Shown in pieces: positions 14,319 to 27,186 of a DNA stretch of 64,000 nt. The notes below the pieces were generated by a model. It was not told where the DNA came from. It made no database searches and saw nothing but the letters and a program-made list of their open reading frames with translations. The translations under genes were made by a program, and so were the position numbers. Each line of letters opens with the position of its first letter. The stretch's first letter is position 1. The stretch comes from Octopus vulgaris (Eukaryota). The stretch lies in contig OX597822.1 in NCBI GenBank assembly GCA_951406725.2, positions 35,402,001-35,466,000 on the forward strand, read 5' to 3'.

Positions 14319-14370
<52 letters not shown>
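13965..14370. repeat. AT/AC compound minisatellite with a 30-bp period
   Basis: Repeats of atacatatacacacacacacatatatatac. Confidence 0.9.
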
Positions 14371-14372
<2 letters not shown>

Positions 14373-15530
14373 CATACACAAGAGCGCTTGCGTAACATAT
14401 GTAAGATATGTCTTTATACTTGAGTCTCATTCTTTGCGCTTATATATTTCTCATAGATATTTATCGAAGTCTCATCAGATTGCTAACCAGGTTGTATAGC
14501 ATACTCAGAATATAAATATCTTGAGTAGACTGAGGAAGGAATACCCGTGAAGTTACTGCGTCTGGTTACCCTAATAATGGCTTCGCTGCTGGATTCTTTA
14601 ATATTTTAGTCTAGATGTCTTTCTAAGTAGGGCACTCGCGTGGCATTTTCAACACCTCGTTAAAACAAGATATATTTTCCTTCTTACATACATTTTCATG
14701 CTTCGATCGTCTTGTATTTCCTGGGTGCTTTACAGTTAATAAATTGTGACCGACTGCTTGGAGCTTCGTGAGACATTGGAGTTTCGGTTACGAAACTCCA
14801 AGGTTTCACGAAAGCATGTTTCCTAAACAGCGCCCAGTAAACAAACTTGCTGCGACAGAAAAATGTAGCTGTTCTCAAAAGTGCACCATAAGGTAAATAT
14901 ACCCTCATAAATATATTCCTCATATACATATATTCAAATTGAATTCTTTTCATTTTCTTATTTCTCACAGTCAATGGTCATATCACAAAACATCTTTTTC
15001 ATTTGTTGCAGAGAACTTTATATGAGTAACAACGTCCATTCGACGAATTTATGTATGCTTTGTACGATACATGCAGTGTCGTCACCTGATCCTGCACATT
15101 GCATTTCAGATGTGCCGTGAAAGATGTCTTCGAGACCGCAGTGCGTGAGTCACTTCCGGATAAATCAGGATCTACCTTCAGGAAAACCACACCGTCAGTA
15201 TTGCTTCGCTGAACTTTTCTTGTGGAGTTGTCGAAAACGAGGAAGAGTCTGTGACGATCATTGGTTAAGTCATCAACAGAATCCGTGAAAGCAGACATTA
15301 ATCTTAATGCACTTGTGTAGTTATATTTTTAAGTATGTTTGTATGCGTGTAAATATATATGTGTGTGCTTTGGTTTGTGCGAATGTGTGTATGTATATGT
15401 ATACACACATACATACATACATACACATACATATATATATACATACATACATTTCAATATGTGACCGCGTGTATGACGTTGGCGATTTTCTTTCTCCGCC
15501 TTCCCCTCCTTGGACCTTTCCTTATTCTAT

Positions 15531-15566
15531 GATTTTGACGAAGAGCTCCGCTCAAAGCGTCAAATC
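15531..15566 (+). ncRNA. Degenerate minimal hammerhead in a pLTR-like fragment
   Basis: gattt tGACGAA gagc tcc gctc aaag cg TC aaatc: stems I and II intact, core mutated. Confidence 0.45.
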
Positions 15567-15662
15567 CTCCTTCTTTCCTTTCCTTTCCAAAGCGCATTTA
15601 ATAACACTATACTTGTTCCACGTCCTCGCGTTGCTGTATTTTCTCTTTGTTCATGTTTGGAT

Positions 15663-15694
<32 letters not shown>

Positions 15695-16859
15695 ATGTAT
15701 GTATGTATGTATATATGTATGTACATATCTACATATATGAGTGTGCATGTGTTATTTTTCCCCCTTCAACTATCAAATATGAACATAGGTATGTATGTGT
15801 ATGTTCGCACGTGCGTGTGTGTCTAGATTAATTTAAGCTCAGGTAGTTTGAAATTTAAATGAAAGAGTAAAGTGGATGTACAGAGTACAAATATTTAATC
15901 TGTTTTTCCTACGCATTATAAAGATCTCGAAATACAAATATTCTTTATACGCAAATAAACGTATGAAGATAATTATCATTATTGTCTACGAATAACCGTT
16001 GGTCGCTGGTTTTCGGTGATGCATAGTTCTTAGATAACCTTACTTTCTATCAAATATTGATTTCATTCAAGCCAGGTAGAATTTCTGATTAAGAAATATA
16101 TTCAAATAACTACATTAGTTAAGAAATGATAATTGGCCAAAAAAAAAACAAAAAAAAAAAACAAAAGACAAAAGAAAGATTCCCGCTAACGTTAATAGAT
16201 CCAAATCTAAACTTTTTTCACGCCTGGTAGACGTAACAGACACGACGAAGCTAATAAGATAAATTAATGTAGACGCTATTCTTCAGAATTAGTTTCCGAT
16301 AAATGTTGTAAAACTATTATTCATTAACACAATCAAGCATTGGCAAGATAGAATCAGAAAACATTACATGTATGTATGTATATATACATATGTGTGTATG
16401 TGTGTCTACATATTACAAGAAAATTTCATATATATATATATATGACAAGAAACTTTCAATCTTTCTCTTGTATGTAAATTATATTTGTATATATATGCAC
16501 ACATACATACGTACGTACGTACGAATATGCATACATGCAAACATACATACATACATACATAAACATACATGTGTGTCTTTGAATGTATATAGTTGTAAAT
16601 ATAAGTGTATATATCTTACACTAAGAAGCGGTGTACGGTACCAGAATTTTAGATATAGCAAATTACTTTAAGTCGTTGTTAGAGTATCCGCTGCATAATT
16701 GGAGTCTAGACAGGCGCATTTGTAATGGTATCGAGTCGAATAAGTTTTCATAATGAAGTCAAACCAAATAGTGATAGCTTGAAGCCATTTTATACGTATG
16801 TTTCAGATATGAGTAACAGATAATAGAAAAGGCCTTTATTGTTGTTTGTTCCTACTTAA

Positions 16860-17145
16860 GCTATTCCTGGCTCATTAGGGCCGGTTTCCTGGTTTCCTTG
16901 GCGTTTGGGTTCCCCACCTGGACGGGACGCCGGTCCGTAGCAGGTGAGCTGCTAGATGCAGGAGGAGAGAGTGAGATAAAGTTGTGGCGAAAGAATTAGA
17001 AGAAGTTCACCATTACCTTCTGCCGGAGCTGCATGGAGCTTAGGTGTTTCGCTCATAAACACACTTATCGCCAGGTGTGAGATTCGAACCCGCGATCCCT
17101 CGACCACGAGTCCGCTGCTCTAACCACTAGGCCATGTGCTTCTAC
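16860..17145 (-). mobile_element. tRNA-derived SINE (family E, related to copies at 62457 and 62793)
   Basis: Head tggcctagtggttagagcagcggactcg...ggttcgaatc; body gagcgaaacacctaagctcca. Confidence 0.85.
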
Positions 17146-17322
17146 AATGCATTTATTATGTAACATCTTTCTCAATCAAAACTCGGAAGATCTTACGTAA
17201 TAGATGCATTTCTTATTATAAATTACGCAGACCTGAGACGTAGATATTATATGATGACAATATCACTATTTGATTTCATTTCATTATTACTACTACTTAT
17301 ATGTATGTGTGTGTATGGCGGG

Positions 17323-17394
<72 letters not shown>

Positions 17395-17396
<2 letters not shown>

Positions 17397-17623
17397 CGGT
17401 GAGCTGGCAGAAACGTTAGCACGTCGGGCGAAATGCGTAGCCGTATTTCGTCTGCCGTTAAGTGTTCTGGGTTCAAATTCCGCCGAGGTCGACTTTGCCT
17501 TTCATCCTTTCGGGGTCGATAAATTAAGTACCAGTTACGCACTGAGGTCGATGTAATCGACTTAATCCCTTTGTCTGTCCTTGTTTGTCCCCTCTATGTT
17601 TAGCCTCTTGTGGGTAGTAAAGA

Positions 17624-17626
<3 letters not shown>
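17395..17626 (+). mobile_element. SINE family B with Tx1-like tail, inside (TA)n
   Basis: Full head, Meta-like domain and tail ending gtaaagaaata. Confidence 0.9.
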
Positions 17627-17655
<29 letters not shown>

Positions 17656-18687
17656 TATATATATAATATCTGTTGGTAGATGCGTTTGCGTATGTGTGTG
17701 AATGTATACATACATACATCAAAAGTTAGTATAGGAAACAATATCATTGAATACACAATTTGAGTATGAAAATTTGTGAGAATTCAGTTGAATATATTTA
17801 ACTTTACTGAAAATCATTTTCTTGTGCTTCTTTTACTTAAACTCGAAACTTGTTTTAAGAAATCTTTTTATCAAGAAATATTTTGATAGCCGGATATGAG
17901 ATAGTGTGAGGTGTGTATGTATATACATGCATACATACATACATACGTACGTACGTACGTACATACATACATACATACATACATACATACATACATACAT
18001 ACATACATACATACATACATACATACATACATACATACATACATACATACATACATACATACATACATACATACATACATGCATGCATGCTGTAGTATTT
18101 CCTGTATTGGTAAAGAGGTTATATGCCTCAGACCAGCAGACATCTCAGGTCACCTTTTGAGCTAAGAGCAATAATAGACGAGAAACCAATGGTAACTTTC
18201 TGACCAGCCATAACCAATAACGGCTTTCAACATATATATATATACGTTAATGTGTGTGTGTTTGTGTGTGTGCGCGCTATAAATTCGATTCAGAGAATAA
18301 GCGGAACTCCAAATGAGGAATCTACTATTAGTTCATAAGTTAGCCAAATTACTACGTTGTTTGAAACGAATATGCAATTGAAAATCTAAAAGTAATGTTT
18401 CTACTGTGGAAGCACGTCAGTAAGTCTATCATGTCTAAGACAAAATATTTCTATATTTTATGGACTTTGGAAGAATGAAAGCACTAAAAATCAACTTCAG
18501 TGGAATTTGAACTCGGCGAGTAAATGAACGTAACAAAATTTGTTTCAAAAAATATATTAATCGTTAAACCTCGTCAAAAATAATATTATATTTCAAATCA
18601 TGTTGAAGGCAAAGAACTTCGGTTTACTTTTCTGGCATGACTAGTTTAGAGTTTATTTACAGACAGAAAGCATTATGTGTATGTATG

Positions 18688-18763
<76 letters not shown>

Positions 18764-18959
18764 AATATATGTGTGTGTGTGGTGTATATATATATATATA
18801 GATATATATAGATATATATGTGTGTGGTATATATATATATATATATAGATGTGTGTATATGTATATATATGAGTGTGTGTGTATATATGTATACATATAT
18901 ATATAAATATACGCATGTATGTATATACATATATATGCATATGTATATCTGTGTATGTA

Positions 18960-18997
<38 letters not shown>

Positions 18998-19777
18998 CAT
19001 ACAGGCATGCAAACGTACATATGGGAATAGACTGCTATATGTCACTTTGTACAGTAAAAGCTACAAGTTAAGTAAATAAATAAGATTGTGAATTCAAAAG
19101 TAGTTTATGTTGCTTCCATAAAATAAAATAAAAACAATATTTGTTTACGTTTTGAGAAGAAAGCATCAATATAAACTTCTTGGTAACATACCAAAAGATG
19201 TAGCCACAAAAGAGGATTTAAGACCAGATAACTAACTAACAGGGTTTAGGATTTTGTTTTTGCTGTTGTAGTTTGTTTTTTGTTATTTGTTTATTTGGTC
19301 ACTGGTGAAGCGGGTTGTGTCAGTGGCGAAGACTAACTTATTTCTTATTTCGTTAGGTTTATATATACGTAAATATAAATAGATGCTACAGATGGTTGGT
19401 ATAATACTCTTCTATAAGCTGCACTGATGAGTTAGGGGAGGAAATATCAGGCTCAATTATAAACTAAGATAAATAGAAAGACATTTTGTTTCTATATTAT
19501 CAAGATAATGATATCTACCAGAGACACGAAACCACACAAGTGGATTACACTGAATTGATCCTACTCAAAAGTTTGCCAGATAATATCTAAAATACAACAT
19601 CTTGAAGTTAGATATCATAGAGATTGGGCGCACTAGCAGCATCGCTAGAGCGATGGTGTGGTCAAATTCCATCCTTTTTCGTTAGATCGTATTTGCGTTC
19701 AAATTCTAGCAAAGCTGGTTTTTCTTTGCAGCTTTCCTTGAATGTAATTACGGATCTAAGATATATATATATATATA

Positions 19778-19977
19778 GGGAGAATTTACGAAAAAAATAC
19801 AAAAGACGAAGACAGGTGGTGTACTAAACAAACAGATGTATTAGTATAACGCTCAGGAATAGGAAAAGTCTTTTACGTTTCGAGCCTACGCTCTTCTACA
19901 GAAAGGGACACGGAAAAAACAAGGAGAGAAACAAAGAGAGAAAAAATGTGTGTAGTGGCTAACGATTTATCATGGCG
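19778..19977 (-). mobile_element. 200-bp (TA)n-embedded element with a variant minimal hammerhead (19870-19905)
   Basis: cttt CTGTAGAA gagc gtag gctc GAAA cg TA aaag; diverged homolog at 52201-52398. Confidence 0.65.
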
Positions 19978-20776
19978 TATATATATATATATACACTGCT
20001 CAAATACCAAGATCGGAAGGATCAGTTTAAACTCCATCCATATAAAGCCTGTGATATTGTGCTTGCGTTAGAAATATCTTGACCTTATGATAACAAACGC
20101 CTCGCTACAAAGCTCAGTGTTCACCTGAGCTGCCTTACAGCATTTAGGAACTAGTTCTGAAATATAACGCCCATAATCTTTTGTCTAATTAGATATATGG
20201 GTCTATAAAATTTAAGAGAATGCAAAACAGAGATATATACATGTGTATGCGTGTGTGCACGATACATACATGCATACATACATACATACATACATACATA
20301 CATACATACATACATACATAACTTTCTTTATTGGCCACACAGGGATGAACACAAAGGGGACAAATACAAATACATAAATACATGCACAAATACACATACT
20401 CACACGTATGTTCAAATGAGACAAGTTTTTCATTGTTATCTTTGTACTAATACTTATTTTTTTCTAATGATAATTATTATGGTCCATATATCATTCGGTA
20501 ATGCTTTAAGCATGGTTAATTTTTACATTGCTTTACATTAAGTATCAGCTTCCTTTTAATAAACTCGTTAATGAGGTACCAAATTATTTGTAACGAGTCA
20601 ACATATCTTACTACATGAATGACATGTCACAACCGAAGAGCTCTCAATCATTCTATTGATAGGTTTAAATACCTAAATAGGCAATGATTTTTCATTTAGT
20701 GTATTCCTCTGTTAATGAGATTATACATGGTAATATGAAATATGCGCAATCCATTTTAATATCATATTTCATGAAA

Positions 20777-21187
20777 GGCGGCGAGCTGGCAGAACCGTTG
20801 GCACGCCAGGCGAAATGTGTAGCCGTATTTCGTCTGCCGTTACGTTCTGAGTTCAAATTCCGCCGAGGTCGACTTTGCCTTTCATCCTTTCTAGGTCGAT
20901 AAATTAAGTACCAGTTACGCACTGGTGTCGATGTCCTTGTTTGTCCCCTCTATGTTTAGCTCCTTGTGGACAATAAAGAAATAAGAAACGTTAGCACGCT
21001 GGGCGAAATGCTTAGGGGCATTTCGTCTGTCTTTACGTTCTGAGTTCAAATTCTGCAGAGAGCGACCTTGCACTTCATCCTTTCTGGGTCGATAAATTAA
21101 ATACCAATTGCGTATTGGGTCGAATCGATCTAATCGACTGGCCCCACTCCCCAAAAATTTCAGGCCTTGTGCCTATAGTAGAAAAGA
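20777..21187 (+). mobile_element. SINE family B dimer
   Basis: Tailed copy followed directly by aaacgttagcacg of a second copy. Confidence 0.85.
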
Positions 21188-22113
21188 ATATCCTCTTCAA
21201 AAATTCTTTAAACGAAATCAATTTTTTTTTATTTTGCGTATGTGTGTTTCTCTGTTATGTTTTGTATTCTTTTCTTTTGTTTGTTGTTACCTTATCCTGA
21301 CTTATGATTTTAATTAGAATTAGTACACCCAGAAATTACTCTAGCAATGTAGTAGATTAAAATTTCTTTTTCGATTATAATTGGATTCTCAATAATTAAC
21401 CATTAATGAGTATCTTGTAGCACTTCTTTATTGTGAATGCCGTCATTTTGCCATTTTTATGATGACAGAATTTCTGAATTAAATTTCTCCTTTCTTAAAC
21501 GGTCTTTAAAATGTTACCATGGCTGGAGGCACAATTTTATTTTCAAGGAACCACTATCCTATAAATAAGATTTTCCAATTCATGAAGGCTGCAATACAGA
21601 TTTAATAATAGAAACACTTAACTGGGGGATTTTTATCGGTTCTTCTTCCTTTTTTTATTTAGTTTCTTTTGTAGCTTTTTGTTTTGTTTATGTCTCTTCT
21701 GTCATGGCTACGCTGCTTTATACAGACTTTTAAATTTATTCAATAAATAAATAATGCTTACTCGAACATATTTTTAAGTCTAGTACTTCTTCCAGCGAAG
21801 TTTCTTTTTTTTTTTTTTACCAAACTGCTAAATTATGAGGAGTACAAATAAACCGACACCGGTGGTCAAACGATGGTAGGAGAAGAAACACAAACACAGA
21901 AAAATACACGTACACGTACACATACATATATTCACTCGCTTTCTCACAAAAAAAATCTAACGCTTTTAGCTGAGACTTTTTGGGGGCAACCAGATTTGAA
22001 CAGTCTCAAGTGTAACTGTCTGAAACTGTTAGGACAATCTGGAAACTTGTATCGTCTATCTGTCCGGATGTTTTATTGTCGTCTATTGCGTTTTTGTTCC
22101 ATTTTATATATCC

Positions 22114-22140
<27 letters not shown>

Positions 22141-22144
<4 letters not shown>

Positions 22145-22563
22145 GCATCCTTTTCCTCGGGAGACAATGGAGTTGCGCATAAACGAATCCAGTCTGTTTT
22201 TTACATTTCATGTCCTCTCCAGTTTCCTCTCCAGTTTAGCGCAGGCCTGGGCTAGATGTAAGAATATCCTGGGTAGCCCAATCGTCAGGATTCCTCTCTC
22301 GACCTTGCTGACGTAGTCCAAAGGAGTGCAGAGCATTACGTTTGGCACCAGCTTGGTTTCGGGAGCTGCCGGAAGAGTGTCGAGTCGAACACTAAACCAC
22401 CTACGGGGCTCCACTCCGGATTTCTTTGAAGGTTGTCTCCTTTCCGTAACCCTGGATAGAGGCCCATACCAGGTACTGTCAACCGGAGCCAGCTGAGCCC
22501 GGGACTCGTGTCAGGCAGGGTCGTCAATCCCTGAAGTAGTGAAGAAAATCGCTACCCACTACC
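22141..22563. mobile_element. GC-rich insert in (TA)n, possibly an RTE-clade LINE UTR fragment
   Basis: Sharp compositional island between TA tracts; the family call is recall-based only. Confidence 0.35.
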
Positions 22564-22580
22564 TATATATATATATATAT

Positions 22581-22745
22581 GCATTATGCCGATAACAATA
22601 AACACACGCACGGGTTCGGTCCTTTATTGTTATTGTTAGTTAATGGGTTAGTTACTCCATTAACCAATTTATCGATCAGCCATTAACTAGCAATAACAAT
22701 AAAGGACCGAACCAGTGCGTGTGTTTATTATTATCGGCATAATGC
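22581..22745. repeat. Inverted repeat with 66-bp arms in a (TA)n-flanked insert
   Basis: 22581-22646 versus 22680-22745, about 3 mismatches. Confidence 0.9.
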
Positions 22746-22959
22746 CTCTCCCAAGTTCAATAGTATGTCTTTCAACACACGAATTCACATCAAGAATCTT
22801 GCAAACCAACTACAATATATATATATATATATATATATAGATCAAAGCAATTAAGATTCAAGTCAATTCCAATGAATTTACTTTAATGTGGTACTTAACT
22901 TAGATGCACCAGAAAAAACTATATGGTGTTAACCATACAGTAATGTGGGGTGATTATAA

Positions 22960-23039
22960 ACGAGAAAGAAGCAACAAGAATGGATTAGTTTTTAGTACAA
23001 TTGTACTAAAAACTAATCCATTCTTGTTGCTTCTTTCTC

Positions 23040-23041
<2 letters not shown>
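22960..23041. repeat. Perfect spacerless 82-bp palindrome
   Basis: cgagaaagaagc...tttagtacaa|ttgtactaaa...gcttctttctcg. Confidence 0.95.
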
Positions 23042-23075
<34 letters not shown>

Positions 23076-24470
23076 TAATACACACACATCTGGGTGTGTA
23101 TTTGTGTGTTTTCCTCTTCTCTTTCTGCAACCGCGAACTTAATACCTTTTAAGTCTAACACCAAGACGGCATCAACCTCACCAGCTTTGGGGGGGAACGT
23201 GTCAAACATCTTTCTAAACATTAGAAAATATATAATAGGGAAGCACATGCCGGACGTCAGATATATACAAAAAAGACGAGGTGCGTAACACGAGAACATC
23301 TTCAAGATTATAGTTCTATACAATCGGAGGAGGGGTCAGGGATGTAGCTAAAGAACTCTACAATGCATACAAGTTCATAGGCACATTGGGAACAAAATAA
23401 CTCCAAAGCGCAATTAAGTATTTGAACGCGCATTTCATAAAAATTTAATCTGACCAACTTGCACTATAGAAGTTTGGCATATTGTCAGATTATCGTGGAT
23501 ATTGTTCAGATTATTGTTAAAGACACATACACACACACACTCACACAGATATATATATGTTCATGAAAATATAGGAGAGAGACTCCAACCGAATTTAATT
23601 AAGTTACAATCAAAGCATGATCTACGAATGTCTTTCAATAGACACAAGGTGAAGACTAATAAACCAATTGTTTAGTAACCTTTTGGACCAGAGATGCACA
23701 TTTCATTTCCTTTTCAATTACATGTGATTTCAATCGCCGAGTATGTAACAGACCGTTTCCACGTTTCCAGTTCGAAATAATCATGTTAAATATTGATGCA
23801 AAATGAGAACAGCAATTTAATCAAATGTGATAAAATAAATATCTTTTTATCAGCGTATAGTATCTCCATTGTCAAGGCGCAAGTTATTTGTATCAAAAGA
23901 CTTCTCACCTTTTGGCTTGGTTTCGTTTGGTTTGGTTAGATTTCAATATCCCCCATTTTCACTTATGCAGCATCAATATATGGTAAGCGATAAATAGAAC
24001 ATAAGTTATTATACTTAGCTCCACTAATGCATTTCAATACTGAGTATGGAAGCAACAGTAGCAACACCAAGAACAGTAGTAGTAGTTGCTGCTGTTGTTG
24101 TTGGTGGTGGTGGTAGTGGTGATGCTGTAGTGGGAATATGTAGATGTGAGAGGGGAGTGGGAGGAGTAAGTGAAAGAGCCAGTGGAGGGGAAGAATGGGG
24201 GTATAGGAGTAACAGTAATATATCCTATATTAGATGTATATATATATATATATATATATGAGTGTATATGCGCATGTTTATGCACATTTCTTTTCTCTTT
24301 TAGTTGTTTCACTCAATGGACTGCAGCCATGCTGGGGTGCTGTCTTTAAGGGTTTAATCGAACACCTCGCCCCCAATACTTATATTTATAAGCCCTGTAC
24401 TCATTATATCGAACTCAATAGCCGAATAACGAAGTTACAGGGACGTGAACAAACGAACACCAGTTCTCAG

Positions 24471-24540
<70 letters not shown>

Positions 24541-24619
24541 GGTTCAGCTGAATTAAGCACTTAAATTGAGGCACCTTGCTAGTTCGGTATAGTCCGCACA
24601 TCGCCAAGTTACTGAACAG

Positions 24620-24843
24620 AATGTAAATAAGTAACAAGTATGTTCAGGTGTTAATACATTACGGCCGTTTCAAGGGGCTCCATTTAATTAATCAATGAAA
24701 GCATTACATCAATTTGAATGAAACCGATCTCTTAAGAATCAGATCATCAAATCGATGTAATGTTTTCATTGGCCAATTAAATGGAGCCGCTTGAAATGGC
24801 CGTAATGTATTGATACGTGTACATCCTTGTTGCTTATTTACAT

Positions 24844-24845
<2 letters not shown>
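24620..24845. repeat. Imperfect fold-back (about 100-bp arms) in a (TA)n-flanked insert, carrying a hammerhead 3' half
   Basis: aatgtaaataag...catcaatttga versus tcaaatcgatg...cttatttacatt; GAAACGGCCGTA on the minus strand of the left arm. Confidence 0.8.
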
Positions 24846-24909
<64 letters not shown>

Positions 24910-25023
24910 ATAAAAATGGTAAATAATTTTCCTGTGGTTTTTCATGTAACCAACAATTATTTACCGGTAAATTTCGGTATGTAAATACGACAAATTAATT
25001 GTCAGGACCTTTGTAAGGTTCAG

Positions 25024-25681
25024 TATATAGTAAAGAAAATAAGATGGCTAGCAGCAGGCTGTTTCGCCTCATACCGAAGGAATTAGAAATGGCAGTCAAA
25101 GACCGTTTTTTCCATTTTCTATAAGTGGAGATTCCAAAAAACGAAGGCCCTTACGGCTCACATACACAAAACCGGAGTGGCAAATAGACGAAAGCAATCA
25201 CTTACCGTTAATAGCGAACACGTGTTTCTGGATCACAAACATAGAAAAAGTAGTTTGAATTCCGTCATCGGCGCTATATTCGATAGCTTTACCAAATGCC
25301 ACCAGCCCTCACTTCTGACCCAGCGACATCAGATAGTGGGGGGAAGTGCGCAGATGTTAAAACTAAGTAACGACTGGGAACGTAAATTTTCCCTCCAAAA
25401 TTGTGGCATTTGGTAAAGCTATCGAATATAGCGCCGATGACGGAATTCAAACTACTTTTTCTATGTTTGTGATCCAGAAATACGTGTTCGCTATTAACGG
25501 TAAGTGATTGCTTTCGTCTATTTGCCACTCCGGTTTTGTGTATGTGAGCCGTAAGGGCCTTCGTTTTTGGAATCTCCACTTATAGAAAATGGAAAAAACG
25601 GTCTTTGACTGCCATTTCTAATTCCTTCGGTATGAGGCGAAACAGCCTGCTGCTAGCCATCTTATTTTCTTTACTATATAT
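25024..25681. repeat. Near-perfect inverted repeat, 279-bp arms and 100-bp spacer
   Basis: 25024-25302 versus 25403-25681 with one mismatch seen; ends run into TA. Confidence 0.95.
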
Positions 25682-26680
25682 ATATATATATATATATATG
25701 CTGTATACGAAGGGCTTCTTTCAGTTTTCTTCAACCAAATCTACTCATCCACTCACAAGGCTTTGGTCGGCCTAGTGAAATAGTTGAAGACAGTTGCCCA
25801 AGGTGCAATACTGTAGAACTGAACTCGGAATCAGGTGGTTGGGAACCAAATTCTTAACTACACAGCCACCTCTGCACCGATATGTGTCTGTGTCTACACT
25901 CTCACACACACACATAAATGTATATATGTATCATGCAATGTGTGTATGCGTTCAAGATACGTATTAAGCAAAAGAGCAATATAAACCGAAAGGAGAAAGA
26001 AGAAGCGAAGGAAAAGAAAACAAGGGAAACAGAAATAGGAAAGAGTAGGGGCGATGTAGGACAGCAGAAGGTGGAAATGGTAAAAGAGAGAGAGAGAGAA
26101 GCTTGTTTGTTGGAAGGTCTTTGTTAGTGGTGAAGACAGAAAAGAACAGAAGAAAAAAGAAAGAGTGGGGGCGGATCACTCAACCGTTTTTGCTATATTT
26201 TCTTTATTTATTTAATTAATTAATTATTGTCTTTATTTTGTGAAGGAGCTGTAAATTCAAGGATCTGATTCCAGTTTCGAAAGTGCAGTAGTAATTATCT
26301 CAGAAAATGTTTTTCATTAAAACATATAAGAAACATTAGAAGATAGCGATGCAAAGGGCAAAGTTAATTTGATTATAATAATACACAGACGTGCTTTGTT
26401 TGTGTATCCTGCCACCCTACGCGCTGCAATGTTGTAGATTTCAAAACAGAGGAATTAACCCTATAACACCTATTATTAATAATTCTTGACATTTCAAATA
26501 CTACGCCCTGTGCTGCCGAAATACGGAATGTTTGGCATCACTATGAATTATATACGTTTGAGCAACATTATTGCATGCGAGCAATTATATTATCTGACGT
26601 TCGTTGCAGAATTCTTCACACTTGAATTTTATAATTTTTGCACAAGCACACACGCTCACACATATCAGACACATACAAGA

Positions 26681-26713
<33 letters not shown>

Positions 26714-26915
26714 TGCACACACACACACACACACGTACAAATGCAGACATACACACACACGCGCACAGATGCACTGCACGCATGCACATACATGCGTGCG
26801 TATGTTGATAGATAGATACATAGATAGACAGACAGACAGATAGCTAGATATATAGCTACACAGACAGATAGCTAGATATATATAGCTAGACAGACAGACA
26901 GACAGACAGATATAC

Positions 26916-26982
<67 letters not shown>

Positions 26983-27117
26983 GAGATAGAGAGATAGATA
27001 GATAGATAGATAGATAGACAGACAGATACATAGCTAGATAGACAGATAGCTAGATATATAGCTACACAGACAGATAGCTAGATATATATAGCTAGACAGA
27101 CAGACAGACAGACAGAC

Positions 27118-27186
<69 letters not shown>

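Noticed and set aside
13949-14430. ORFs rich in YI/CV/HT (also at 4588, 9301, 17833, 18653, 26585 and others)
   Set aside because: Translations of (AT)n, (GT)n, (ATAC)n and (GATA)n microsatellites, which lack stop codons
15109-15211. Plus-strand VKDVFETAVR resembling a Rho GTPase C-terminus after tttcag
   Set aside because: Too short, no CSA motif or CAAX, and no other GTPase exons found
19420-19550. CTGATGA ... GAAA ccac acaa gtgg as a hammerhead
   Set aside because: No UH directly after stem III and no convincing stem I or II
25428-25660. CCGATGA ... GAAACAGC in the long inverted-repeat arm as a hammerhead
   Set aside because: About 200 nt between the motifs, no closing stem II pair and no proper cleavage triplet
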